From an uncultured Christensenellaceae bacterium (GTDB lineage Bacteria; Bacillota; Clostridia; Christensenellales; Borkfalkiaceae), in assembly GCA_910587825.1 (NCBI GenBank), contig CAJUNJ010000006.1, positions 34,732 to 98,731 of the forward strand: 64,000 nucleotides of DNA. The letters are read 5' to 3'. Below are positions 44,067 through 54,006 of the stretch, one piece after another (position 1 is the stretch's first letter; each line of letters starts with the position of its first letter). Below the pieces are notes generated by a model. The model was not told the origin of the DNA, ran no database searches, and worked only from the letters and a program-made list of their open reading frames with translations. Both the position numbers and the translations under genes were made by a program.

Positions 44067-45322
44067 GAACAGGCAGACTGAAAGTTATTACGGTCCTTGC
44101 GGCTACAGCCGCCGCGGCTTGTCTTTTCGCCGGCTGTAAAATCGGCGAAATGAAGCCCGACGAGTATCTGTCACAAAACGACGCCGCCGACCAGTGCGTA
44201 ACTTATCTTGCTAACGGCGGAACGTTTAACGACATTGCCGACTTCACCAAAATGGACGTGTATTACAAAGCCGACTCCTATATAATGACGGAAGCGGAAG
44301 GATTTAAAATATCGCGTACCAATTATATTTTCGAAGGCTGGTACTACGTCGAAACGGACGAAACCGGCGGCTTACAGACGCTGGGTAAAAGAGTGGAGGT
44401 CGGCGACAGAATAGCTTCGGGCGAACATAAGTACGTTATTGCAAACTGGAATGCGGAAATCGCCATAGACGTCTATCTCGTAGCAGACGGCTTTGACGTA
44501 AAGCAGACTGTCGACGGCGAAGAAGTAACTTACAAAAACGGCGATTTAATAGCAACGCACAACTTCGGTACGTCTGACGAATACGGTTTAAGCGGTACGC
44601 AGGCGATTAAAGCCGACAATGCGACTTATCTGCATTTCTTTGCGGACGAAGCCTGCACAAAGCCCATTACCAGCGTAACCAAACCCGCGGAGGGCGTAGA
44701 CACAAACGTAAAAGTTTACGCAAAATATATAGAAGGCGACTGGACTGTCGTAAGCACGGCAAGAAACGTTTACGATATGTTTACAAACGCGGGATTCGGC
44801 GGTAACTACTATCTGTTCACCCCCGACGCAAGCAACGTAATAAATTACGGCAGGCAGACTGCGGTATCTCTTAAAACGGGTGCGTTTAACGCCAATATAG
44901 AGGGCAACGGAGTGACTATTGACGGTATATCGTTTACCGGCAGGGTAACGACGGGTACCTATTCGGCGCTCGGCAACCTTTCCAAAACGTCTTCGATAAA
45001 GAATTTAACCCTTAAAAACGTATCCGTGGATGTAACGGTGTCGGGCAGAATTATAAATCTGTATCTCTTCAACCACGGCGTTGAGAACGGGGCGAAGATT
45101 GAAAACTTAAAACTCGACACAGTCAATATGAATATTGTCTGTCCGCAAACCACAATAATCGAAAATATCCAGCTTATCGGCGACGTTTACAGTACGGGCA
45201 ACTGGATGTTCGGCGGAAAAAACAGCGACGACGAATTTATACAGGCAATGGGCGGTATAAGCGTAAAAGATGCTTCGCTTACGATAAACAACAAAAAAGC
45301 AGTTGAAAATATCAGTAAATAA
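44063..45322 (+). CDS. lipoprotein with Listeria-Bacteroides-type repeat, unknown function
   Basis: Its start overlaps the previous stop (ATGA). The lipobox is LFAGC, and YIFEGWYY is typical of the repeat. Confidence 0.55.
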   Translation: MRTGRLKVITVLAATAAAACLFAGCKIGEMKPDEYLSQNDAADQCVTYLANGGTFNDIADFTKMDVYYKADSYIMTEAEGFKISRTNYIFEGWYYVETDETGGLQTLGKRVEVGDRIASGEHKYVIANWNAEIAIDVYLVADGFDVKQTVDGEEVTYKNGDLIATHNFGTSDEYGLSGTQAIKADNATYLHFFADEACTKPITSVTKPAEGVDTNVKVYAKYIEGDWTVVSTARNVYDMFTNAGFGGNYYLFTPDASNVINYGRQTAVSLKTGAFNANIEGNGVTIDGISFTGRVTTGTYSALGNLSKTSSIKNLTLKNVSVDVTVSGRIINLYLFNHGVENGAKIENLKLDTVNMNIVCPQTTIIENIQLIGDVYSTGNWMFGGKNSDDEFIQAMGGISVKDASLTINNKKAVENISK

Positions 45323-45336
45323 CAGGAGGACTTCCT

Positions 45337-48012
45337 ATGAACAGGATTTTAAAATCTATTCTTTGTTTAGGCGTGTGCGGTACTATGCTGCTCGGCGCCG
45401 CGGGCTGTAACAAAAAGCCGGACGGACCCAAACAGCATGATACGGAAAAGCGCATTCTAAACCTTTCGACGGGCAAGCTTGACGGCAACTTCAATCCATT
45501 TTTCTACACGGCCGGCAACGACGGAAACATGATTTCAAACACGCAGATAGGTATGCTTACTCTGAATGAAAGCGGCAGACTTGTCGCAGGTCAGAATTAT
45601 CCCACCGCTGTACTTGACTTCAAAAAGACGATGTATGATTCGCACGGCAACGTATCGGCAAGCGGGGCGACGGACGGTAAAACAGAGTACGAATTCGTAA
45701 TCAAAAACGGAATAAAGTTCAGCAACGGCGAAGAGCTTACCATTGCGGACGTTCTGTTTAATCTTTACGTCTATCTGGACCCCGTCTACACAGGCTCAAA
45801 TACAATTTATTCAACCGAAATTGTCGGTCTTAAAGCTTACCGTGCACAGGATCTCAGCGCGGAAGAGTCTGACGCGGACTTTGACGAACAGTTTGTATCC
45901 GCGGCGCGCCTCAGAATAAAAGCGCTTGTCGACTGGTCCAACGGCGACACTTCCACGGTGGACGAAAGCGACCTTGAAAAAGTGCGTACAGCGCTGAAAA
46001 AAGAGCTTACCACAGACTGGAATATGTTGTATTCTTCCTGGAGCGATACTTATAAAGATACTTACCGCTTTACCGAAGCGTGGCAGGCGTATCTCTATGA
46101 AAACGGCATAATAGAAGACCAGACGAGAAGGCTTTCCAACGGTAACGTAATCAGATATTACGAAGATAAAAACAGTAACGGCGTAAGGGACGACGGGGAA
46201 CTTTACTATACGACAATCGACGAATGGCAGTCCGGCGCGATAGGCGCTCCCAGCAACGGCAATACCCCCCGCGATCAGGAGCTTATCGACAAAATTGCAG
46301 AAGTCAAGGCTTCGGCAACGGGAGACGTATCGGCCGATGACGCAGTGCGCGATTACTGCATACAGCGCGTTTACGACAGTCTTTCAAGTAAAAGCGAAAT
46401 AGCAAACGTTTTAACGTTCCGCTCTACCGCCGGCACTATACTCGAACAGTTCACAAACGAAGCCCGTTCCAAATATATACAGGATCAGAAAGACCAGGGC
46501 AAGGGAGTAGACAGCATTTCGGGTATCACTACGCAGACTGTATCAGGCAGTACGCTCAACTCGCAGTTCAAGGGCGATATGGGCGAAAAATTCGATAACG
46601 ACCAGACCTATTCGGTACTGAAAATTCAGATTTACGGCGTAGACCCCAAGGCTATATACAACTTCTCGTACACGGTTGCTCCGCTCAGTTATTATTCCAC
46701 CGACAACTACAAAGGTAAACATTATATAAGCGAAGCGCTTGCCGGCGAAGGCTTCGGACTTGAAATGGGAAATACCGATTTCTTCGAAGAAGTTTTGCAG
46801 GCATCGGAAAAGGTAGGCTTGCCTGTCGGCGCGGGCCCCTATATGGCCGCCGACAATGACGGCAACCCGACAGACAACAGAAACAAATTCTATTCGGGTT
46901 CTATGGTAAATTTCGTCCGTAACGAAAATTTCAAAACGCTCGGTACGGGAATAAGTAATGCAAAAATCAAACGCGTCCGCTTCAACGAAATTCAGGACGA
47001 TATGATTATGACTTCTATTGTCAGAAAGGCTATCGATTTCGGTATGCCCAACGCAACTACGACAAACAATACTACTTTAAACAATAACAAGGCTTTTCTC
47101 GGTTCGGCAAACTATTATACCAACGGTTACGGCTACGTCGGCGTCAACCCCAAATTCGTACCCGAAGTGACCGTAAGACAGGCTTTGATGAAGGCTATGG
47201 ACGCGTCGGACGCAGTCAGCTTCTACGGCACACAGTTTGCAACGGCTATTAACAGACCTATGACTCTCAATTCATGGGCTTATCCGCGTGGTATCGGTCC
47301 TTATGAAGGCAAAAGCAATAACCCGCTTGATAACGGCGTCGAATATACCTCCATTGACGAAGAAATTACAAGACTTGTCGAAATGGCTGGATATGAAAGA
47401 CCCGGCGGTACGGGCGTATACACAAAGGTGAGAAACGTCGACGGAATGCACAATGCGCCTATGGGTTCGACTCTTAAACTTTCGTTTACAATCGCCGGCG
47501 AAACTACGGAGCATCCCGCATACCGTATGTTCTGCAACACACGCGACAGGCTTAACCAGCTTGGCTTCGATATAAACGTAAAAACTTCGGTTACTGCATT
47601 GCAACAGCTTGCAACCGGCAACCTTGCGGTATGGGCGGCGGCTTGGTCGTCTGCAATCGACCCCGACCCCTATCAGGTTTATCACAAGGACAGCCGCGCA
47701 ACCAGCGTGCTTAACTGGAATTACAGAAATATTCTGAATAACGAAAGCGAATGGACGTATGAAGCACCCATAATCAACGATTTAAGCGAGCTTATAGAAA
47801 GTGGCAGACAGACCAACCTTGAAAACGAGCGCACCGCAATCTATCACGACTGTCTTGATATGATTATGAGTCTTTACGTCGAATTCCCGCTTTACCAGAG
47901 AAGGGACCTTTGCGTATACAACACAGAAGTAATAGATGCAAATTCTCTTGTTAAAGAGCCTTCTTTCACGATAGGGCTTTTCGATAAGCTTTGGGAAATA
48001 GATTACGTTTAA
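45337..48012 (+). CDS. oversized (891 aa) family-5 (peptide/nickel, OppA/DppA-like) ABC substrate-binding lipoprotein
   Basis: The lipobox is LLGAAGC. The family assignment comes mainly from context with Opp/Dpp-type permeases and ATPases, plus the general SBP_bac_5 layout. Confidence 0.7.
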   Translation: MNRILKSILCLGVCGTMLLGAAGCNKKPDGPKQHDTEKRILNLSTGKLDGNFNPFFYTAGNDGNMISNTQIGMLTLNESGRLVAGQNYPTAVLDFKKTMYDSHGNVSASGATDGKTEYEFVIKNGIKFSNGEELTIADVLFNLYVYLDPVYTGSNTIYSTEIVGLKAYRAQDLSAEESDADFDEQFVSAARLRIKALVDWSNGDTSTVDESDLEKVRTALKKELTTDWNMLYSSWSDTYKDTYRFTEAWQAYLYENGIIEDQTRRLSNGNVIRYYEDKNSNGVRDDGELYYTTIDEWQSGAIGAPSNGNTPRDQELIDKIAEVKASATGDVSADDAVRDYCIQRVYDSLSSKSEIANVLTFRSTAGTILEQFTNEARSKYIQDQKDQGKGVDSISGITTQTVSGSTLNSQFKGDMGEKFDNDQTYSVLKIQIYGVDPKAIYNFSYTVAPLSYYSTDNYKGKHYISEALAGEGFGLEMGNTDFFEEVLQASEKVGLPVGAGPYMAADNDGNPTDNRNKFYSGSMVNFVRNENFKTLGTGISNAKIKRVRFNEIQDDMIMTSIVRKAIDFGMPNATTTNNTTLNNNKAFLGSANYYTNGYGYVGVNPKFVPEVTVRQALMKAMDASDAVSFYGTQFATAINRPMTLNSWAYPRGIGPYEGKSNNPLDNGVEYTSIDEEITRLVEMAGYERPGGTGVYTKVRNVDGMHNAPMGSTLKLSFTIAGETTEHPAYRMFCNTRDRLNQLGFDINVKTSVTALQQLATGNLAVWAAAWSSAIDPDPYQVYHKDSRATSVLNWNYRNILNNESEWTYEAPIINDLSELIESGRQTNLENERTAIYHDCLDMIMSLYVEFPLYQRRDLCVYNTEVIDANSLVKEPSFTIGLFDKLWEIDYV

Positions 48013-48021
48013 ACTACGGAT

Positions 48022-48050
48022 ATTGTCCGCGGTTTTGTACCGCGGACAAT
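48022..48050 (+). terminator. intra-operon hairpin (attenuator/processing site) after the binding-protein gene
   Basis: ATTGTCCGCGG-ttttgta-CCGCGGACAAT. Confidence 0.5.
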
Positions 48051-48073
48051 AATAAATTAATTCAGGGTAAAAT

Positions 48074-49042
48074 ATGGCAAAGTATATAATCAAAAGAATA
48101 CTGCTGGCAATTCTAATTCTGTTCGGCGTATCGCTTATACTTTATATTCTCGTAAGGTGTATGCCTATGAACTATATAGAGTCCAAGTTTCTTACGCTTA
48201 AACAGACAAACGGTTTGTCGGACGAAGATTATGCAAACCTGCTTGCGCTGTACGGGCTTGACGACGACAGTTTTCTCGGCATATTAAAGGGATACTGGAA
48301 CTGGCTGTCAAATTTCCTTCAAGGCGATTTGGGTAAATCGTGGAAATTTATAATTCCCGTTACCGAAGTTATCGGCAGTAAAATGGGCGTATCTTTTGCG
48401 GTCGCTTTCGTATCTCTTATTATCGAAATGCTTATCGCAATACCTCTCGGCATAAAGTGCGCCTGCAACCAGTACGGTAAGCTTGACTACATAGTGACTT
48501 TCCTGTGTATGATAGGCATATCGTTCCCGTCGTTCTTCTTAGGCAATATGTTTATCAAGTGGTTTGCGGTAGATCTCGGCTGGTTCGACGTTCTGGGCGG
48601 ACTTGGCGAAGGCGGACTCGATACGATATGGCACCTCGTTCTGCCCATTACTGTAATGGTAATTATCGATATGGGCGCGCTTATGCGTTATACGCGTACA
48701 AATACGCTTGAAGTGCTTAATGCTGACTATATAAGGACGGCGCGCGCAAAGGGTCTTTCCAACGGAAAGGTTATATACAAGCACGTTTTCAGAAATACGC
48801 TTATCCCGCTTATCACAACGCTTTCTTTTACGCTTCCTACACTCTTCGGCGGTGCGATGATTTCGGAACAGATATTCAATCTGCCCGGAATCGGACAGGC
48901 GGCGTACCAGGCGCTGAGCGAAGGCGATATAAATCTTATTATGGGTTACAATATGTTCCTTGCCCTTTTAACGGTTTTGGGTACTTTACTTGCCGACATA
49001 ATGTATGCGGTGGTAGACCCGAGAGTCAAGTTGGGTAAATAG
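48074..49042 (+). CDS. ABC transporter permease (OppB/DppB type)
   Basis: MAKYIIKRILLAILILFGVSLILYIL is the typical N-terminus. It has the EAA-type loop ADYIRTARAKGLS. Confidence 0.9.
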   Translation: MAKYIIKRILLAILILFGVSLILYILVRCMPMNYIESKFLTLKQTNGLSDEDYANLLALYGLDDDSFLGILKGYWNWLSNFLQGDLGKSWKFIIPVTEVIGSKMGVSFAVAFVSLIIEMLIAIPLGIKCACNQYGKLDYIVTFLCMIGISFPSFFLGNMFIKWFAVDLGWFDVLGGLGEGGLDTIWHLVLPITVMVIIDMGALMRYTRTNTLEVLNADYIRTARAKGLSNGKVIYKHVFRNTLIPLITTLSFTLPTLFGGAMISEQIFNLPGIGQAAYQALSEGDINLIMGYNMFLALLTVLGTLLADIMYAVVDPRVKLGK

Positions 49043-49050
49043 GGGGAATT

Positions 49051-50121
49051 ATGGAAGAAAAGAATCAGGAAATCAACGAAGAAGCTGTCGAAAACGGAAA
49101 CTTCAACGACAATCTCCACGGAGAAAATTTAACCGACAGGGTAAAAGTTTTATCCCCCGGTATGACGGTAGTAAAGCGGTTTTTCCGTTCTAAACTGTCT
49201 ATTTTCGGACTTGCGGTACTTATTTTTCTGTTTGCGTTTTCGTTTATCGGACCTCTGTTTTCCCCTTGGAGCGCAAACGGCGGTACGGTAAAGGACACAA
49301 GCAGTCCTTCGTACAATTATACTTACAATACCATTGCATATACGGGTCCCGACGGCGAAACCTATTACGCTTACAACGTAGTCATAGACGAATACGGCAA
49401 TTACAGCTCGCTTGACGGTATATCGGGCAAGCACTGGCTGGGAACGGACGTTGACGGCAACGACGTTTTAACCCGTCTTATGTTCGGCGGGCGCGTGTCG
49501 CTTACAATCGGTTTTATAGTCATTATTCTCGAAACTATTCTGGGCTGTATTTTAGGCGGACTTGCGGGGTATTTCGGCGGTTGGGTGGACCAGCTTATAA
49601 TGCGTATAGTCGATGTGTTAAGCTGTATACCTACGCTTCCCATACTTTTAATACTTTCTGCTATTTTCGACAATATAGTGGATATTTCAAAGCTATACTT
49701 TATAATGATGTTTATAACGCTTATAGGGTGGGTAGGAATAGCAAGGCTTGTCAGGGGACAGATTCTGTCTTTACGCGAACAGGAATTTATGCTTGCGGCA
49801 AAGTGTTCGGGTCTGTCCACGGGTAAAAAGATATTCAAACACCTTATCCCCAACATTATACCCCAGCTTGTCGTGTCAATGACAATGGGTTTGGGCAGCG
49901 TAATTTTAATGGAGGCGACGCTCGGCTATCTCGGACTCGGCGCGCCCTTGGGTACGGCAACCTGGGGCAACATAATACAGCTTGCACAGCAGGAAAGGTT
50001 CAGAAATTTCTATCCCAACATCTGGCTTGGCGCGGGCGTGTGCATAACGCTTGCAATTCTTGCGTTCAACTTCGTCGGCGACGGTCTGCGCGACGCGTTC
50101 GACCCCAAAATGAAGAGGTGA
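49051..50121 (+). CDS. ABC transporter permease (OppC/DppC type) with extended extracytoplasmic loop
   Basis: HWLGTDVDGNDVLTRLMFGGRVSL and EQEFMLAAKCSGLS are OppC landmarks. Confidence 0.9.
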   Translation: MEEKNQEINEEAVENGNFNDNLHGENLTDRVKVLSPGMTVVKRFFRSKLSIFGLAVLIFLFAFSFIGPLFSPWSANGGTVKDTSSPSYNYTYNTIAYTGPDGETYYAYNVVIDEYGNYSSLDGISGKHWLGTDVDGNDVLTRLMFGGRVSLTIGFIVIILETILGCILGGLAGYFGGWVDQLIMRIVDVLSCIPTLPILLILSAIFDNIVDISKLYFIMMFITLIGWVGIARLVRGQILSLREQEFMLAAKCSGLSTGKKIFKHLIPNIIPQLVVSMTMGLGSVILMEATLGYLGLGAPLGTATWGNIIQLAQQERFRNFYPNIWLGAGVCITLAILAFNFVGDGLRDAFDPKMKR

Positions 50122-50125
50122 CGGT

Positions 50126-51430
50126 ATGGCGGATAAAAAGAAAGAAATCAAAAAACACTATATATCCCGTTCGGAATCCCGCCGTATAGCAAAAGAAAAT
50201 TCAAAAGCCATTGCAAAATTTCAGAAGATGAAAAAGCGCAAGGCGCGTCCCGAAGAATACGTCACACAGATGAAAGACGACAACAATATCGTCGAATTCG
50301 AAGATTTGCACACCTATTTCTTTTCGGATTCGGGTACGGTTAAAGCGGTCAACGGCGTTACTTTCTCAATACCCGCGGGGTCTACCGTCGGGGTAGTGGG
50401 TGAAAGCGGCTGCGGCAAAAGCGTAACTTCGCTTTCCTTAATGCAGCTTGTGCAGGCTCCCAGCGGACAGATAGTAAGCGGTTCCATAAGGTTCCGCGCC
50501 GATATGTTCAAACGCGACAATCTCGGCAGAAAAATTCCCGTTTACGAAACTGAGACAAATCCTAACGGCGAAACTTTCCGCAAAGTTGACGCGAAAGGCA
50601 AGCCTATTATCCGCAAAAACGAGCTTGGCGGAAATATGTACGAGATGGAAAGGCAGGTCGTAGACATTGCCAAAATGCCCGCAGAAGCAATGCGTTCTAT
50701 CCGCGGAAGAGAAGTTGCAATGATTTTTCAGGAACCGATGACTTCTCTTAACCCCGTGTTTACGATAGGCAACCAGCTTGACGAAGTAGGCAAACTTCAC
50801 ATAGAAGGCATTTCGAAAGCCGACGTCAAGGCAAGAAGCATAGAAATGTTGAAGCTTGTCGGCATTGCCGACCCCGAAGGAGTCTACAAAAAATACCCCC
50901 ACGAACTGTCGGGCGGTATGCGCCAGAGGGTTATGATAGCTATTGCGCTTCTGTGCAATCCCAAACTTATCGTCGCAGACGAGCCGACGACCGCGCTTGA
51001 CGTTACCATACAGGCGCAGATACTCGACCTTTTAAGAGAGATAAAAACAAAAATAAACGGTTCTATTATGCTTATAACGCACGACCTCGGCGTCGTTGCC
51101 GAAATGGCTGACTACGTCGTCGTTATGTATGCGGGCAAGGTAATAGAGATGGGTACCGCGGAAGACATTTTCGACCGTCCCCTTCACCCGTATACGATAG
51201 GTCTGCAAAAGAGCAAGCCCACCGTAGACCAGAAAGTGGACGAGCTGTACTGCATACCGGGCTTCGTCCCCAACCCAATAGATATGCCCGATTACTGCTA
51301 TTTCCGCGACAGATGCGATAAGTGTATGGAAAAATGTTCGGGCGAGTATCCAAACCTTATCAAGGTATCAGATACTCACAGTGTATCTTGCTACTTATAC
51401 GAAGGAAAAGCGGAGGTAAAAAATGGCTGA
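50126..51430 (+). CDS. ABC ATP-binding protein (OppD/DppD type) with N-terminal basic extension and ~55-aa insertion
   Basis: It has Walker A GESGCGKS, signature LSGGMRQR, Walker B LIVADEPTTALD and the oligopeptide C-terminal HPYT motif. The insertion lies between the Walker A region and the Q-loop (roughly 50495-50672). Confidence 0.9.
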   Translation: MADKKKEIKKHYISRSESRRIAKENSKAIAKFQKMKKRKARPEEYVTQMKDDNNIVEFEDLHTYFFSDSGTVKAVNGVTFSIPAGSTVGVVGESGCGKSVTSLSLMQLVQAPSGQIVSGSIRFRADMFKRDNLGRKIPVYETETNPNGETFRKVDAKGKPIIRKNELGGNMYEMERQVVDIAKMPAEAMRSIRGREVAMIFQEPMTSLNPVFTIGNQLDEVGKLHIEGISKADVKARSIEMLKLVGIADPEGVYKKYPHELSGGMRQRVMIAIALLCNPKLIVADEPTTALDVTIQAQILDLLREIKTKINGSIMLITHDLGVVAEMADYVVVMYAGKVIEMGTAEDIFDRPLHPYTIGLQKSKPTVDQKVDELYCIPGFVPNPIDMPDYCYFRDRCDKCMEKCSGEYPNLIKVSDTHSVSCYLYEGKAEVKNG

Positions 51431-53642
51431 CAATTTACAGACGGCTGAAAACAACAAATCCGCAAATAGTAAGCTTACCGTATTTTTACCCGAGCTTCTG
51501 CCTATTCTCGCGCTTGCAACCGCAGCGCTTGCGTTTGTGTTCACGTTCTTTGTCGGCGTAAGCAATTCCGCCGGACAGAGCAAATTCTTTTATTCTTATT
51601 TCAAAGATTTCAACGCGTTCGAAGGGTTGGAAGAGGTCTTGCGCGACGCCGTTCACACTGTATCGGTAGCGGGACTGCTTATAGGAATTTTCGGTTTGCT
51701 TGCCGTAACCGTCTGCGCGGGACTGACCTGCTTCAATGCCGTCCGCAAATACGCGTTTAAGCACGAAGCCGACGTCGAAAAATTTTCGCTTTGCACATAT
51801 TTCGCTTATATTGCGTTTTCGGCCGTAAACTATGCGCTTAACAACGCTGTTGCAAGTATCGACGGCGTTAAAGTAAGCGCAATCTACAACGGCGCGACTA
51901 TTGCGGGACTTGTCATAACCACGCTTGTCGCGGGCGCGTACGTCGGGCTTAAAACCTATATTAACAGAGGGTACTGCGCCGATAAGTTCAGGCTTGCCGA
52001 CGTCGTTTTCAAGGCTGTGCGCATAGTCGTGCTTGCAGTACTTGCGGGGCTTGTAACCGCGCCTATTCTCAATATTAAGCTTGAAAGCGGCGCACGCTTA
52101 GACACAAACTTTATTCCGCTTATCTCACAGAGTTTGTTTACTTCCAAGACAAACAAGATTGACGCCATTGCTTCCAGCTCTGCGGGCGGACTGCTTGTCG
52201 TTTCGGTAATAGTAATTTACTCGGTAGCGCTTATCGCGCTTAACCTGTTTTCGCTTTTCTCAAAGCGCAAGGACGATAAAGTCTTTTATATCATAGGCGC
52301 GGTAATAACGCTTGTGCTTATGTTCTTTGCCGCCGTTGCGTCAAGTAACTTTACCGATATTGCCGAAAATTCGAAATTTTCGATAGGCGTTCCTATCGCA
52401 GTAACCGTAATTTCTGCGGTACTCGCGGTTTCGGTAATCGTCTATCCCGCAGTTACGGCTTTCGTCGCAAAGAAAGCCGACGAAAAGAATTCGGCGACAA
52501 ACAGTGACGGGGCTTTCCTCGAAGTAAAGGACTTGTCGCGTTACTTTGTCGTCGGCAAAGACTTCTTCGGCAGACCGACAAAATATTTAAAAGCGGTTGA
52601 CGGAGTTACGTTTAAGTTGCAAAAGGGGCAGACGTTGGGCATCGTCGGCGAAAGCGGTTGCGGAAAGACGACGATGGGCAGAACGATTTTAAGGCTGTAC
52701 GACGTCACCAAGGGCGAAGTGTGGTTTAAGGGCAAGAAGATTTCTTCGCTCGGTAACCGCGATTTCGATAAGCTCCGCCCCGATATGCAGATGATATTTC
52801 AGGACCCCTACGCAAGCCTTTCTCCCAGACTTACCGTCGGCGAAATAATAGGCGAAGCCGTCAAACAGCATAAGTTGGTGTCAAAAAAAGAATATCACGA
52901 TTACGTTTTAAGCGTAATGAAGATGTGCGGGCTTCAACCACATTACTTCGAAAGGTATCCCCACGAATTTTCGGGCGGTCAGCGTCAGAGAATTTGCATA
53001 GCCCGTGCGCTTGCTTTAAAGCCGGAGCTCGTCGTTTGCGACGAACCCGTGTCCGCGCTTGACGTATCCATACAGGCGCAGATAATCAATATGCTTATAG
53101 ACCTGAGAAAAACTCTCGGTCTTACCTATATCTTCATCTCGCACGACCTTTCGGTTGTAAAGCATATTTCGGATATGGTCGGCGTAATGTATCTCGGCAG
53201 TATGGTGGAATACGGCTCCCGCGACAACATTTTCGAAAACACCCTTCACCCCTATACAAAGGCGCTGTTTTCGGCTGTTCCCGTACCCGACCCGCACGTA
53301 AAGATGAACAGAATAATTTTAAAGGGAGATATTCCTTCGCCCGTAAATCCGCCCAGCGGATGTAAGTTCCATACCCGTTGCGAAAGCTGTATGGAAATTT
53401 GCGGACGCATATCGCCCAGGTTTAAGGAAGTGGAAAAGGGGCATTTCTGCGCCTGCCATCTTTACAATACGATAGAAGACACTATTAAGCTTGAAAACGA
53501 GTACGCCGAACAGTTGAGACTTGCCGAACTTGAAGAAGCCGAACGCAAGCACGGCTTTGCAGAGAAGGTTAAAGACAAGTTAAAGTCTATAATCAAGAAA
53601 GATAAAACGCAGGACGGAAAGGACGATGTCCCGAAAGAATAA
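51423..53642 (+). CDS. fusion protein: ~370-aa polytopic membrane domain + ABC ATP-binding protein (OppF/DppF type)
   Basis: This is a single 739-aa ORF. Residues 1 to ~370 contain about 8 hydrophobic helices. They are followed by LEVKDLSRYF, Walker A GESGCGKT, signature FSGGQRQR, Walker B LVVCDEPVSALD, HPYTKALFSAVP and a C-terminal Cys cluster. Confidence 0.85.
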   Translation: MADNLQTAENNKSANSKLTVFLPELLPILALATAALAFVFTFFVGVSNSAGQSKFFYSYFKDFNAFEGLEEVLRDAVHTVSVAGLLIGIFGLLAVTVCAGLTCFNAVRKYAFKHEADVEKFSLCTYFAYIAFSAVNYALNNAVASIDGVKVSAIYNGATIAGLVITTLVAGAYVGLKTYINRGYCADKFRLADVVFKAVRIVVLAVLAGLVTAPILNIKLESGARLDTNFIPLISQSLFTSKTNKIDAIASSSAGGLLVVSVIVIYSVALIALNLFSLFSKRKDDKVFYIIGAVITLVLMFFAAVASSNFTDIAENSKFSIGVPIAVTVISAVLAVSVIVYPAVTAFVAKKADEKNSATNSDGAFLEVKDLSRYFVVGKDFFGRPTKYLKAVDGVTFKLQKGQTLGIVGESGCGKTTMGRTILRLYDVTKGEVWFKGKKISSLGNRDFDKLRPDMQMIFQDPYASLSPRLTVGEIIGEAVKQHKLVSKKEYHDYVLSVMKMCGLQPHYFERYPHEFSGGQRQRICIARALALKPELVVCDEPVSALDVSIQAQIINMLIDLRKTLGLTYIFISHDLSVVKHISDMVGVMYLGSMVEYGSRDNIFENTLHPYTKALFSAVPVPDPHVKMNRIILKGDIPSPVNPPSGCKFHTRCESCMEICGRISPRFKEVEKGHFCACHLYNTIEDTIKLENEYAEQLRLAELEEAERKHGFAEKVKDKLKSIIKKDKTQDGKDDVPKE

Positions 53643-53877
53643 GGACGACGAACTCGACACCCAAACGACTTTTGCCGATATGAATATAGAAGGGTTTAAA
53701 TGGTACGACCCGTCCAAAAAACAGAAAGGCAAATTAAAAAAAGTCAGAAAAAAGGTTGAAAAGGACGAATACCGCGATATGGTGCGCGGGGCGTTTGCGG
53801 CAATATTACCGTATGTTTTCATCTTTTTGCTGTCGGTCGGCATAGTCGGCGCGCTTCTGTATCTGTGGCTTACTTAA
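53626..53877 (+). CDS. small tail-anchored membrane protein
   Basis: The 83-aa ORF overlaps the oppF-like stop by 17 nt. It has a charged N-terminal part and one C-terminal TM. Confidence 0.45.
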   Translation: MSRKNKDDELDTQTTFADMNIEGFKWYDPSKKQKGKLKKVRKKVEKDEYRDMVRGAFAAILPYVFIFLLSVGIVGALLYLWLT

Positions 53878-53961
53878 AGCATATTCAATTAAAACGTTGC
53901 CGTCGAATAAAGACTGCAACGTTTTAAAATTTAAGGGTAATAAAAGAAAAATTATAATAAA

Positions 53962-53997
53962 GCGGGGGCGGTGATTTATGTAAATCACCGCCCCCGC
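53962..53997. terminator. bidirectional GC-rich terminator between convergent genes
   Basis: GCGGGGGCGGTGATTTA/TAAATCACCGCCCCCGC is a near-perfect 17-bp stem. Confidence 0.8.
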
Positions 53998-54006
53998 AAA
54001 GTTTTA

